Of a DNA stretch of 64,000 bases, positions 21,244 through 31,232 are shown piece after piece. Below the pieces are notes generated by a model. The model was not told the DNA's origin. It did no database searches and saw only the letters and a list, made by a program, of their open reading frames with translations. Position 1 is the stretch's first letter. Each line of letters begins with the position of its first letter. A program made the position numbers and the translations under genes. Origin of the DNA: an uncultured delta proteobacterium (lineage in GTDB: Bacteria > Bdellovibrionota > FAC87 > UBA2466); the NCBI GenBank assembly GCA_963778115.1, contig CAVZSV010000004.1, forward strand, positions 2,528,001 through 2,592,000, read 5' to 3'.

Positions 21244-21273
21244 CTACAAGAAGGTAGGCCGTACCTTCATGTT
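21244..21273. repeat. imperfect palindrome, copy 2
   Basis: GAAGGTA-GGCCG-TACCTTC hairpin, downstream of the stop at 21291. Confidence 0.75.
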
Positions 21274-21290
21274 ATTGTGGGGGGCATTAT

Positions 21291-21968
21291 TTACTTGCTT
21301 ACCCGAACCGCATTGCCGTGCGAGCCGGCACCACCGGCAGCAGTATTGCTTCCCTGAACTATTCCCACGATTTCGTTTCTGATTTGACGAAGATTCCAGA
21401 TAGCGGCAACATCGTCCTTGGAAGACTCAATAATCGTCGATATCTCTGTTTGATAACCCTCTTGAGCATCGGGGTGTAAGAGCTTTCCGTCCCCTTCATT
21501 TACTTCGTGCGAAGCGAGACTTTTCTCTTTTTTTAGCATTGTTTTAAGTGTCTCGGCCATTTTGGGATTATGCAGGAAAAGCAGTTGGTAGTGTTTCAAA
21601 ATATTATGAAGTCTTTTGGCATCTTGATCTGCGGCTCTATGCAGCTGTTCATCTCCCTCCTCCATCGCCTCTTTTCGATGAAGCGATAGACGAAGTGCAG
21701 GAGCTTCCCCGATGCGGCTCGCTAAGTTATCCAGTTGGAGGGTACTAGTCTGGAGCTCACCGTAAGCCGCTATGAATTCCTGCCAAATCCCTTCTCTCTG
21801 TGGTTCGGTAAGCTCGCCGGAGAATTCAGTCAAATATTTGGGAAGGTCGCTCGCTTTCTTAGGAGCTTTAACTTGGTTGGTGGTAGGCCTTTCCGCACGG
21901 GCGATGCCCGAGCCTAAGAAAATCAATACGCCCGCCATTACCATCGCCAAATTAAAATGAAATCGCAT
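21291..21968 (-). CDS. hypothetical secreted helical protein
   Basis: AAGGAG RBS, signal peptide ending ARA. Confidence 0.75.
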   Translation of the reverse strand: MRFHFNLAMVMAGVLIFLGSGIARAERPTTNQVKAPKKASDLPKYLTEFSGELTEPQREGIWQEFIAAYGELQTSTLQLDNLASRIGEAPALRLSLHRKEAMEEGDEQLHRAADQDAKRLHNILKHYQLLFLHNPKMAETLKTMLKKEKSLASHEVNEGDGKLLHPDAQEGYQTEISTIIESSKDDVAAIWNLRQIRNEIVGIVQGSNTAAGGAGSHGNAVRVSK

Positions 21969-22005
21969 AACACTCCTTCAACACACGTTTCCGCCCTGAT
22001 ATCTG

Positions 22006-22022
22006 AGCAAGAATTGTACCGG
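22006..22022 (-). promoter_or_regulatory. sigma-54 promoter candidate
   Basis: minus strand CCGGTACAATTCTTGCT. Confidence 0.6.
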
Positions 22023-22110
22023 TGGATTCAAAGGGGAGCCGGTGTACCCGCTTCATCACAAAGTAGACACTAAGACCGGTTTACGGCGTAGACCAGCGGT
22101 TTACAGCTGA

Positions 22111-22803
22111 ATGAGGTTCGCCATTCGCCGTTTGCAATGCGATAATAGTTTGGTGCGGCAAATTCTCTCTTACCTAAGAATTTCGATTTTAGTTTCGTTG
22201 GCGTGCGGTATTTTCTTTTCCGAAATTCAGGCGGGGGCAGTGGAACCGTTGCCTCCGGCGAAGAGTCCCAGCAATAAATGCTTGGAGGAGCTAAAATCAG
22301 CGGCAACTGTCCACGGACGGGTGCCGGAAGGATTTGAGGTTCTTGTTTTTACGGAACGCACGCTAATCGGAAGATGGAAGAATCAGCCTCCTCGCTACAT
22401 GCCAAGTACTGAGCTTCCCGATAATCCTTGGGGATATACCATTCTTTCGAAAGTCGATTACAGTCGTTTGGGAATTATTAGCATCAGACAGAAAGGGGAA
22501 CGCGGAGAGATTCCACTGACCTTCGCGAGTGATGCTCAAGGCAAAGGGATCGGAACGGAAGTAAAATATGCGATCCTTTGTTATGCTTTCGACGATCTAA
22601 AGGTAAACGACGTCAAAGCTTTCATAGCGGAAACCAATTCGGCTTCGCGCGCACTCCATATCAAATTAGGATTTAAGCAGCAGGCGCACTCTCCGACGTG
22701 GATTCTTACTCGAGAAGATTTTGAAAAGATACGCGAAGACTTCCGTCGGCAAGAGGCTGAGGGGGAAAGCCCTTTCTTGCCGAGGTCGACTTCGCGTCCT
22801 TAA
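22111..22803 (+). CDS. GNAT (RimJ/RimL-like) acetyltransferase with an N-terminal signal-like segment
   Basis: QGKGIGTE acetyl-CoA motif, N.ASRAL..KLGF; start uncertain. Confidence 0.8.
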   Translation: MRFAIRRLQCDNSLVRQILSYLRISILVSLACGIFFSEIQAGAVEPLPPAKSPSNKCLEELKSAATVHGRVPEGFEVLVFTERTLIGRWKNQPPRYMPSTELPDNPWGYTILSKVDYSRLGIISIRQKGERGEIPLTFASDAQGKGIGTEVKYAILCYAFDDLKVNDVKAFIAETNSASRALHIKLGFKQQAHSPTWILTREDFEKIREDFRRQEAEGESPFLPRSTSRP

Positions 22804-22819
22804 ATGGGAATCTCCACGT

Positions 22820-24370
22820 TTACTTCTTCGTGGGCGGTAGTGCCGCACCCACTAACCACAGGTCGTAAATGCTTACCGTTCCTGAGGCCGTAGTTACCGT
22901 CGAGTTTTGTCGGCTCGAGTTACCGTAAGAGTCCAACATAATGTTGTTGGAGGTGTAATGAAGATCGATCCGCTTAATTCCTTTTTGGGCCAGAGTATAC
23001 AGTTCACCGGGTTCGGAGATTCCGTTTTCATTTTTGTCGGACCATAGTTTCAGTTGATAGAAAATGGAGTCATTTTCGTCGATAAAGCCGTCTCCATTTT
23101 CGTCGAACTTCTTTAGAGCCTCGAACCCGTTACTGGCCGTCTTGCCATCTGGTCCTACCGTATTGTTTCCGAAGAGTTGGTTAATGTCTTTGATGTTTCC
23201 ATCATTGAACTTGTCGTAGGCCAGAAACAGAACGGAGTTGGGATTACTGGGCCAAGAGTATTGGTACTTGGTGCCAGTTCCCATCATGTCAAAGAAGGCT
23301 CCCAAATTAGGCGCGCTCAACTGAGGGTTCCCACCAGAGAAGTCCACCACCAAGGGGCTATCTGCTCCGGGATAGACTTGGCAATCCGCACTTCCTAAGT
23401 TGCCGTTTCCGTCGGTAATATTGTAGGTCACTCCTTGGTAGGTGACCTGATCGGGATAAGCAGCGTGGCTGTAGCAGCCGTCAGAATCCGTAGATCCCCA
23501 GTTTTCAAAGAAAGCAGTGGGTTGACCGTTAGGTTGAGGAGAATACCCTCCCGAACCATCGGAATAGCCGACCGCCGGAATATATACTTTTAGGTTATCC
23601 AAATTTCCCGGGCCACAACCATAATGCCGGTTGGTGAAGGGGAAGATATCGCAAGTCTGTTTTAAGATCGTAACTTGAGTGCTGCAGGTGACCGTAACGG
23701 AACCTGAGATGACCGTTCCCGTATAGGTAACGACACCTACCGCATGGGGTGTTACGGAAAAGGGTGACGATGATGCCGTCCAATCCTGAGAGTTCAAGGA
23801 TGCCGTATCAAACGGGCCCGTGACACTCATCGATAAGTTGATAGGATTTCCCACCACTACTTTCGAAGGGGTAGCGGTCACTTGGCATGTCGGGGCCGGA
23901 ACAACGGTAACCGATGCTGGCTGACAGGCGATGGTCGTCGTGCCGTTGGTGATCGAAGCCGTGTAGGTGGTCGTAGCCGAAGGGGTCACACTGACTGGTT
24001 GCGAAGTCGTAGTCCAAGTTCCACCATTCAAAATTCCCGCCGTATAGGGTCCAAGGATATTCAAAGAGAGAAGGACCGCGTTTCCTTGAACGACCTGAGT
24101 CGGAAGGGCGACGACGTTACAGGTTGGTGGTGCTACTCCCGAAATAGGGGTAGTGCAATCGGTTCCCGTACAGCCGGTGGTGGTTCCCACGGTACCTATG
24201 CCGGTACCGCTAGTGACAGTTCCAATGGTTCCCAGTGAAGAGGTTGCGGTACCTGTGGGCAGCGTCTCCGCGGAGGTAGTAGGGACCACTGTCCTCGTGC
24301 AAGCGACGGCCATTTGCAGAAATGCCACTGAGAAGATAGCTCTAAGAAGGATCGATGTTACTTTCTTCAT
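22820..24370 (-). CDS. Thr-rich lipoprotein with Ig-like repeats and a C-terminal Ca-binding (EF-hand-like) domain
   Basis: Lipobox VAC; two PTC.V.A.P..V..G repeats; PLVVD...LFG...NGFEAL..FDENGDGFID...LW.D.N.NG.SE.GEL. Confidence 0.8.
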   Translation of the reverse strand: MKKVTSILLRAIFSVAFLQMAVACTRTVVPTTSAETLPTGTATSSLGTIGTVTSGTGIGTVGTTTGCTGTDCTTPISGVAPPTCNVVALPTQVVQGNAVLLSLNILGPYTAGILNGGTWTTTSQPVSVTPSATTTYTASITNGTTTIACQPASVTVVPAPTCQVTATPSKVVVGNPINLSMSVTGPFDTASLNSQDWTASSSPFSVTPHAVGVVTYTGTVISGSVTVTCSTQVTILKQTCDIFPFTNRHYGCGPGNLDNLKVYIPAVGYSDGSGGYSPQPNGQPTAFFENWGSTDSDGCYSHAAYPDQVTYQGVTYNITDGNGNLGSADCQVYPGADSPLVVDFSGGNPQLSAPNLGAFFDMMGTGTKYQYSWPSNPNSVLFLAYDKFNDGNIKDINQLFGNNTVGPDGKTASNGFEALKKFDENGDGFIDENDSIFYQLKLWSDKNENGISEPGELYTLAQKGIKRIDLHYTSNNIMLDSYGNSSRQNSTVTTASGTVSIYDLWLVGAALPPTKK

Positions 24371-24473
24371 GTTTTTCCACCCACCAATAATTTGCGTCTA
24401 TGAGGAAAATCTAGATGAAGATCAGAGATGTGAAATCGAGATGTAGTTAAACCAAGTTTGTATACGTAGAGAA

Positions 24474-24490
24474 TGCAAACGAAGTACCAA
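24474..24490 (-). promoter_or_regulatory. sigma-54 promoter candidate
   Basis: minus strand TTGGTACTTCGTTTGCA. Confidence 0.6.
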
Positions 24491-24721
24491 CCGGATTAGA
24501 CGCTGATTCGGTTGGAGTTTAGCCTAGCCTGTGTACTAAAGGTGTACACCTCGTGCCTGGGATAGAACGAAAGACCCCGAAAAAGCCTGTGTGACCAGTC
24601 GCTTTTCACATACTGTCAAAAAACTGATCAGCCGTTAGAAGACGAGTCGGGCATTCTTTTAGGAATCTGTTGAGAGGAAGTCCATTACGCCTTGGCTATG
24701 CGGGACAGCTCGCTCCTGTTT

Positions 24722-25363
24722 TTAGAGGCACTCCAGCGCTTCCTTAATCGTTTGGGTCTTTAGCTTGGCTAGAGATACGGAAGGTGTCGTGCTCGCATAC
24801 TCTACGAGATTTCCGGTGATCAGATACTGAATCCGCTTAGCCACGATTCGGTAGTCTACCGATCTCTTTTCACTGACAAGAGGTTTTACAATGGCTCCGA
24901 TTCGTTGGGCGCCCAATTCTCTAATTTCGGTATGCAGTTTTCGATAGGTGGGATCATAACTGGCATAGTAGTACATCAGTAGGATCAGGTTTAAATGCTT
25001 GGGAAATTTTTCGGCCCATTCGAAAGTAGCTTCGATGAAAGCAACGAGCCTTTCTTTATCCGTTGTTGCAGCGGAAACATGTTCCACGGTTATCGATTGA
25101 ACGGTAGCGACACAGAACTTAATCGCATCACGAACAATGTCTCGCCTGTCCTTGTAATAGTAGGCAACATGGGCACGTAGCATACCGGTTTGTTTTCCAA
25201 TGGCTTCAAATGAGGTCGCTTCCACCCCCAAAGTCGATAAACAAGTAATAGCGCTCTCGATAATGCGAGCACGGCGGATGTCCCCTTTTCTAGGGCGAAA
25301 ATTGAAGAACTGCGCGTAGAGAGGATGGGGGAGTTCATTGACTTCGGTATTACGTGATGCCAT
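24722..25363 (-). CDS. TetR/AcrR family transcriptional regulator
   Basis: RIIESAI...G..ATS...IGK..GM....V.YYY HTH. Confidence 0.88.
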   Translation of the reverse strand: MASRNTEVNELPHPLYAQFFNFRPRKGDIRRARIIESAITCLSTLGVEATSFEAIGKQTGMLRAHVAYYYKDRRDIVRDAIKFCVATVQSITVEHVSAATTDKERLVAFIEATFEWAEKFPKHLNLILLMYYYASYDPTYRKLHTEIRELGAQRIGAIVKPLVSEKRSVDYRIVAKRIQYLITGNLVEYASTTPSVSLAKLKTQTIKEALECL

Positions 25364-25492
25364 GCGTCATCTTTTACTCGAACGCTAAAAAAAAACAAGC
25401 GGAAAGCAGGGTTTTTTTTACCTGGGTAATCAGTGATTTATACGCGCGTTATACATTGACAACCCTGGGGGAGGTGATGATGAGCTTGGGAG

Positions 25493-25921
25493 ATGGAGAT
25501 TCGTGAAGTCATAAATCCTGCCGAAAGGGAAGGCGCCTTTGAAGTCCTCCGCGAACTTCGGGACAATTTGTCGCGCGACTCCTTTCAAACTATCTACGAA
25601 GCGGCCCGATCGGCGGATGGTTATACTTTGGTTGGGGCTTTTGCCGAAACCCGCATTATCGGCGTGATGGGCTACCGGGTGCTGTGGGACTTTGTCCATG
25701 GGAAACATCTATATATTGACGATCTTGTAGTTACTAAAACGCTTCGTTCGGGTGGGCTGGGAGCTCGGCTTCTACTATTCGCTGAGGAGGTAGCCAAGAA
25801 AGAGGGTTGCCAGGGACTTAGGCTTTGTACGGGGATAGAAAATGAGGGGGGAAAACGCTTTTACGAGCGAAACGACTGGAAAATAAGATCGGTTGCTTTT
25901 AAAAAGTCCCTCTCGTCGTGA
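25493..25921 (+). CDS. GNAT family N-acetyltransferase
   Basis: YIDDLVV...RSGGLGARLL, RFYE. Confidence 0.9.
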   Translation: MEIREVINPAEREGAFEVLRELRDNLSRDSFQTIYEAARSADGYTLVGAFAETRIIGVMGYRVLWDFVHGKHLYIDDLVVTKTLRSGGLGARLLLFAEEVAKKEGCQGLRLCTGIENEGGKRFYERNDWKIRSVAFKKSLSS

Positions 25922-25981
25922 CTTGTATTTATACCAATCCCGGATAGATATAAGGCGGTTTGAAGACGAATTGAGGAAACT

Positions 25982-27073
25982 TTGCAGTTTGATCTTAATT
26001 ACATAGAGCGGCTTGAAAGACTACCCGAGCCGGAAACGCTGGATCGGATACGCGCTTTACGCCGAACGTGGGGAAAAGAGATATGTCTTTTGGCCCATCT
26101 TTACCAAAGAAAGATGATTTTAGACCTCGCCGATTACGTAGGCGATTCTTACGGCCTCTCCCAGTCAGCCGCTAAATCCCAAGGGGGGCGCTACATCGTC
26201 TTTTGCGGAGTGAGATTTATGGCGGAGAGCGCTGCGATCTTGGCCCGCCCCGAGCAAAAGGTAATCCACCCCGATCCTGAAGCGGGATGTCCCATGGCGG
26301 ACATGGCCTCTTTGCCCGAAGTGAACCGGGCTTGGAACGCTTTGCAAAACGATCAGAAGTTAATTCCTATTACTTACATGAACAGTACTGCGGAGATAAA
26401 GGCCTTCTGCGGAAGTCGAGAAGGGATCATTTGCACGTCGAGTAATGCCACTAGGACTTTTGAATGGGCCTTTGCTCGTGGCAAGCGGGTATTTTTTCTC
26501 CCCGACGAACACTTGGGACGCAATACGGCCTTAAAGTATGGCGTCTGTGCCGATCAAATTGCAGTATGGGATCCTGAGAAGGCAGACGGGGGGAGTCCCG
26601 GATCTTATAGCCAAGCTAAAGTAATTTTATGGCGAGGATATTGCCCCGTTCATCTGAAATTCACCGTAAGAGATGTCGAGCATGTCAGGCGCTTTTATCC
26701 CAAAGCGAAAGTGGTCGTTCACCCCGAATGCCCGTCAGACGTCGTGTCTCAAGCTGATGCCGTGGGAAGTACCGAGTACATTCGACAGTACGTCGCTGCG
26801 ACCAATCCCGGAGACCATATCGTTATAGGGACGGAAATTAATCTGGTGAACCATCTCGCCTCCCAATACCCGGATCGCAAGATCGATAAACTTCACCGTT
26901 CCCTTTGTTTGACGATGTACCAGATTACCTTGGGAAGATTGCTGTATTCTCTGGAGAATCTCGAAGAGTTTGAGACAGTGTCGGTTTCCCATGAGACTTC
27001 ACATTTTGCGAAAGTGGCTCTCGATCGAATGCTTTCTTTAGCGCCGTTGCCAAATATTCATAAAATGCATTGA
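25982..27073 (+). CDS. nadA: quinolinate synthase
   Basis: LAHLYQ, GDS, FCGVRFMAE, GCPMAD, GYCPVH, HPEC, GST, GTE motifs; three Fe-S cysteines. Confidence 0.96.
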   Translation: MQFDLNYIERLERLPEPETLDRIRALRRTWGKEICLLAHLYQRKMILDLADYVGDSYGLSQSAAKSQGGRYIVFCGVRFMAESAAILARPEQKVIHPDPEAGCPMADMASLPEVNRAWNALQNDQKLIPITYMNSTAEIKAFCGSREGIICTSSNATRTFEWAFARGKRVFFLPDEHLGRNTALKYGVCADQIAVWDPEKADGGSPGSYSQAKVILWRGYCPVHLKFTVRDVEHVRRFYPKAKVVVHPECPSDVVSQADAVGSTEYIRQYVAATNPGDHIVIGTEINLVNHLASQYPDRKIDKLHRSLCLTMYQITLGRLLYSLENLEEFETVSVSHETSHFAKVALDRMLSLAPLPNIHKMH

Positions 27074-27226
27074 GTTGGCCCAGAGGGATCTCGCTTTCGA
27101 GCTTGTGTCTATCGTTTGTGCATCAATTACTATCCGCTTTCCAAGGGTTAAGCATTCTGCCCCTTTCGTCGTCTTTTTCTTGTGCAAATGTTAGTCCGCT
27201 AACGTGTGGGAAAACGCTTTAGTAAT

Positions 27227-27243
27227 TTGGCAAAGCTTATGCA
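27227..27243 (+). promoter_or_regulatory. sigma-54 promoter candidate
   Basis: TTGGCAAAGCTTATGCA. Confidence 0.55.
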
Positions 27244-27293
27244 TTTTAAATCAGCAGGGGTTAGTAGGCTTGCAACGAGATAAAGGGGGGTTC

Positions 27294-28169
27294 ATGAAAG
27301 GTTCCATTCCATTCCGCATTCCCATTGAATCATTTATTGTCTTAGGTGAAGAAGACTACGGAAGTCGCTATCGTCTTGTCTATTTCGATCCGAAAGGACG
27401 ACGACAAGAGGCTTTCGTTAAGAAATCCATCTTCGAAACCGCTTTAGGAAAACTCGACGGTTCTATCAAATCCATCGCGCGTAGTAGCGGCGGAATTGTT
27501 CCGGCTCAGCCCTACCAAATGGTGCTCTACCATTGTATGTCCGACAGTGTCGGCACGGGTCCTGAGCTTCGGATTAAAGTGAGGTTCAAAGACTTTCTTC
27601 GCAACGAAGGCGAAAAGACCACGTCGGGCGGCATCGTCACCGTTACCAAGAACGTACTTCCCGAAGAGGTCTTGGATCCGGTGAAATATGACATCAAAAA
27701 CAATCAGAAATTTTTGATCGATTTTGGACAAGGAGCCATTCCGATCACCGTGTTTAGTTTCCTCTCTGAACCTGGCGGGGATAGCGTCGCCCTCTTTGTC
27801 GAATCGGATGCCGTCGAGCGATCCATTCGCGAACGACAGGGCAGTCGGGTTCTGACTCACCGTTATCGCGTTCCCCGAGATGTCATTCGAGTGGTTCGCG
27901 ATACCCATAGCGGAGAGTTTGAAGCGGCTAAGGCCAATTACGAAAGAATTAAGAAACTTCGACAGACGGTGGTTCCAACCGCGTTGCAAACGGGACCCAC
28001 GGTCGATATTCCCACCGGCTTTTCTTTTCAAGCCGTGGGCGAGTTTCTAAGGCGCTCCATGCATCGTTGGAATCGCGAAGATGACGATCAGCATACGGCC
28101 GCGGGAAGTGAACTCCGCGACGACGGCTGCGTCACTTCTGACTTCTTAATGTATATGGAGCCAGCGTAA
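27294..28169 (+). CDS. hypothetical cytoplasmic protein
   Basis: G-rich RBS before ATG; has its own promoter candidate and terminator. Confidence 0.75.
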   Translation: MKGSIPFRIPIESFIVLGEEDYGSRYRLVYFDPKGRRQEAFVKKSIFETALGKLDGSIKSIARSSGGIVPAQPYQMVLYHCMSDSVGTGPELRIKVRFKDFLRNEGEKTTSGGIVTVTKNVLPEEVLDPVKYDIKNNQKFLIDFGQGAIPITVFSFLSEPGGDSVALFVESDAVERSIRERQGSRVLTHRYRVPRDVIRVVRDTHSGEFEAAKANYERIKKLRQTVVPTALQTGPTVDIPTGFSFQAVGEFLRRSMHRWNREDDDQHTAAGSELRDDGCVTSDFLMYMEPA

Positions 28170-28203
28170 GTAGGATTCTAGTTCTTCCTAAGGACAATGC
28201 GGG

Positions 28204-28242
28204 CAAAAGGGCGGGGTGATGTTTTTCATCCCGCCCTTTTTG
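28204..28242 (+). terminator. rho-independent terminator
   Basis: AAAAGGGCGGG...CCCGCCCTTTTT. Confidence 0.85.
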
Positions 28243-28471
28243 TCGTTTTTAGTGTACTAGTCTTTGGCGGGCAGAACAGGGGAATGACGCCCTACCATAG
28301 TGATGTGAGGACGCCGCATCCTTTCTTGCCGTCAGGGACAATGAATTCAAAAAACTAGCGAAGTTGACGCCACTCGTCTTTAACGGTACCCGTACGGAAG
28401 CCTTTGGGAGGGCCCCTTTAAGGGAATGAGCCTGAGGAAGTATTAGTAGTTAATTAGACAGAGGTTCGCAA

Positions 28472-29488
28472 ATGCCGGGAGTTGTGATTAACGGGGTCGC
28501 CAAGAGTTTCGGGACAACGGCGGTTCTCCACCGCGTGGATCTTTCCATCGCTCCCGGCGAATTCATGGTTTTAGTCGGCCCTTCAGGTTGCGGAAAAAGT
28601 ACTCTCTTGCGATTGGTAGCCGGCCTTGAAGAGGTCACCAACGGAACGATCGAGATCGCGGGCAAAGTCGTCAACAAGACTAGCCCCAAAGAACGCGGCG
28701 TTGCGATGGTATTTCAGAACTATGCACTCTACCCGCACATGACCGTGTTCGATAATATGGCGTTCGCTTTGAAGTTAGCCCACCTTCCTGTTGCCGAAAT
28801 TGAAAAACGGGTGAACGCCGCAGCGGAAACTCTGGGTTTGATAGAGCATCTTACCAAGAAACCGGGACAACTCTCGGGTGGTCAAAAACAGCGAGTGGCG
28901 ATGGGGCGTGCCATGGTTCGTGAGCCAGCCGTCTTTCTTTTTGATGAACCATTGTCGAATCTAGACGCTCAACTCCGGGTAAAAATGCGCGCTGAGATCT
29001 CAATGCTTCACCGGCGTTACCAAACGACAGCCATTTACGTGACGCACGACCAGGTGGAAGCCATGACGCTAGCGGATCGAATCGCGGTCATGCACAAAGG
29101 AAAACTTGAGCAGGTCGGAAAGCCCTTAGAAGTTTACAACAATCCCAAAACGAAATTTGTGGCTTCTTTTATCGGAACACCTTCTATGAATTTTGTCCCG
29201 GTTTCGCAAGTTCCCTCTCTAAGGACTCCCGCGAAAGCCTTTCATGTTGGATTTCGTCCGGAAAATACGCGGTTGGGGGAATTGCCCGGCCATTTTGGGA
29301 TGGGGCAGGGGAAGGTGACGCTCGTCGAACCCTTGGGTAGTGTCACTCACGTCCACGTTCAACTGGGGAAGCAATCCGTCATTTCGGAGATTAAGGACGG
29401 GACTATTCCGCCTTTCGATCAGCAGCTTTCCATCTCGGTAGATGAAAGGGCTATCTTTTTCTTTGACGAGCAGGGCGTGCGGCTGTGA
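28472..29488 (+). CDS. ugpC: sn-glycerol-3-phosphate/sugar ABC transporter ATP-binding subunit
   Basis: GPSGCGKS, LSGGQKQR, DEPLSNLDA, YVTHDQ; operon ends in a glycerophosphodiesterase. Confidence 0.85.
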   Translation: MPGVVINGVAKSFGTTAVLHRVDLSIAPGEFMVLVGPSGCGKSTLLRLVAGLEEVTNGTIEIAGKVVNKTSPKERGVAMVFQNYALYPHMTVFDNMAFALKLAHLPVAEIEKRVNAAAETLGLIEHLTKKPGQLSGGQKQRVAMGRAMVREPAVFLFDEPLSNLDAQLRVKMRAEISMLHRRYQTTAIYVTHDQVEAMTLADRIAVMHKGKLEQVGKPLEVYNNPKTKFVASFIGTPSMNFVPVSQVPSLRTPAKAFHVGFRPENTRLGELPGHFGMGQGKVTLVEPLGSVTHVHVQLGKQSVISEIKDGTIPPFDQQLSISVDERAIFFFDEQGVRL

Positions 29489-30354
29489 GGGCACGACCGA
29501 TGCTTGCTTGGCTGCTGCTTTTTCCCACCCTCTTGGGGTTGGGAGTATTTGTCATCTATCCTGCAATCAATTCGGTCTACTTGAGTCTTTACGAAGTGGA
29601 ACCATTCTCGGGAAAGACGGCCTTCGTGGGGCTAGAGAACTACCGCGACCTTTTCGCATCGGCCAGTTATTGGAATACGATCCGAATTACGCTATGGTTT
29701 ACGCTTCTCACCGTCCTCCCCTCGATCCTATTGAGTCTCGTGGCCGCTCTGGCTCTGGATTCTAATCCGTACTGTCGCGGACTACTACGAACCATCTTCT
29801 TGCTCCCCGTGGCCATCTCTTCCGCCATGGCAGCGATGCTTTGGATCTTTATCTACAATCCCACGGCCGGTTACCTTAATTATATCGTTGATAGTTTAGG
29901 AGGGACGGGCCCCAATTGGTTAGGAGATCCCAGGTGGGCGCTATTGGGAGTGGCGATTGCCACCGTATGGAAAGAGATTGGCTTTAACGTCATCTTTTTT
30001 CTCGCTGGACTAAGCTCCGTTCCCCTGGAGCTCAGAGAGGCAGCGATGATGGATGGCGCGAACCGTTTTCAAAGGTTTCGTCATGTAGTCTTGCCGGTGC
30101 TCTCCCCCACTCTTTTCTTCGTAACGATCGTGTCGGTCATTAACTCCTTACAGAGTTTCGGTCAGATCCATATTTTAACCGGTGGGGGACCTGCAGGCGA
30201 AACGACTACCTTAGTCTACAAACTCTATCGAGACGGCTTTGAGTACTTTAGAACGGGATACGCTTCCGCCCAAGCCGTGGGACTTTTCGTACTTATTTTA
30301 GTGGCAACCGGCATTCAATTTCGCCTGGCGGGACGAAAGGTGCACTATGGATGA
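29485..30354 (+). CDS. ugpA: carbohydrate ABC permease (UgpA-like)
   Basis: EAA loop EAAMMDGA, TGGGP; 6 TM. Confidence 0.8.
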   Translation: MRARPMLAWLLLFPTLLGLGVFVIYPAINSVYLSLYEVEPFSGKTAFVGLENYRDLFASASYWNTIRITLWFTLLTVLPSILLSLVAALALDSNPYCRGLLRTIFLLPVAISSAMAAMLWIFIYNPTAGYLNYIVDSLGGTGPNWLGDPRWALLGVAIATVWKEIGFNVIFFLAGLSSVPLELREAAMMDGANRFQRFRHVVLPVLSPTLFFVTIVSVINSLQSFGQIHILTGGGPAGETTTLVYKLYRDGFEYFRTGYASAQAVGLFVLILVATGIQFRLAGRKVHYG

Positions 30355-30360
30355 TCGAAG

Positions 30361-31227
30361 TTGGCGAAAAACGGTAAGGCGTTGAGAATAATGGACCACT
30401 CGACTGAAATTAAGCGGACTCGATGGCTTGCCACGGGCGTGCTATTTCTACCGGCCCTCATCCAGTTCTTCCCCTTATTCTACTTACTTTGTATCTCCTT
30501 CAAAGTCGGCGGAGAGGTGATCCAATATCCACCCACGTTGCTGCCCCGTACGTTAAATCCTGTCAATTATCAAACGGCTTGGAATTCGGCTCCGCTGTGG
30601 CGATTTTTGGTAAATTCGGTGGTGGTAGCCAGTCTGATTACGCTGTTGCAAGTATTTACTTCCATCTTGGCGGCATACGCTTTGGCTCGGTTGGATTTTA
30701 GAGGTAAGAAATTCATGTTCGTTTTAATTGTTGCTACCATGATGGTTCCTGGTGAAGTTACCATTATCCCCAACTATTTCACTTTAGCGCGTTTGGATTG
30801 GATCAATACCTTTTACGCTCTGATTGTTCCCTTTTCTGCTTCGGGATTTGGAATTTTTTTGCTGTACCAATTTTTCCGCACTCTTCCTAAAGAGTTGGAA
30901 GAGGCCGCTCTGATGGACGGGGCATCTCGCGTCAGATTTCTTTTTCAGTTTGTAGTCCCCCTTTCGAAACCAGCGATTACCGCTTTCGCTATTTATGCTT
31001 TTGTCGGAGCCTGGAATCAGTATTTGTGGCCGCTTATCGTGACCCAATCGACGGATATGCAAACTGCTCAGATCGGAATTGGCATGTTTCGCTCGCAGAA
31101 TGAATCAAGCAGTTGGGGTGTCATTATGGCAGCGACAGCGATTTTAGTGGCGCCGACTATTATTTTGTTTATCGCCACTCAGAAGCAGTTCGTTCGAGGT
31201 ATCACCATGAGTGGATTAAAGGGGTAG
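30361..31227 (+). CDS. ugpE: carbohydrate ABC permease (UgpE-like)
   Basis: EEAALMDGAS, WNQYLWPL. Confidence 0.8.
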   Translation: MAKNGKALRIMDHSTEIKRTRWLATGVLFLPALIQFFPLFYLLCISFKVGGEVIQYPPTLLPRTLNPVNYQTAWNSAPLWRFLVNSVVVASLITLLQVFTSILAAYALARLDFRGKKFMFVLIVATMMVPGEVTIIPNYFTLARLDWINTFYALIVPFSASGFGIFLLYQFFRTLPKELEEAALMDGASRVRFLFQFVVPLSKPAITAFAIYAFVGAWNQYLWPLIVTQSTDMQTAQIGIGMFRSQNESSSWGVIMAATAILVAPTIILFIATQKQFVRGITMSGLKG

Positions 31228-31232
31228 CTCTT

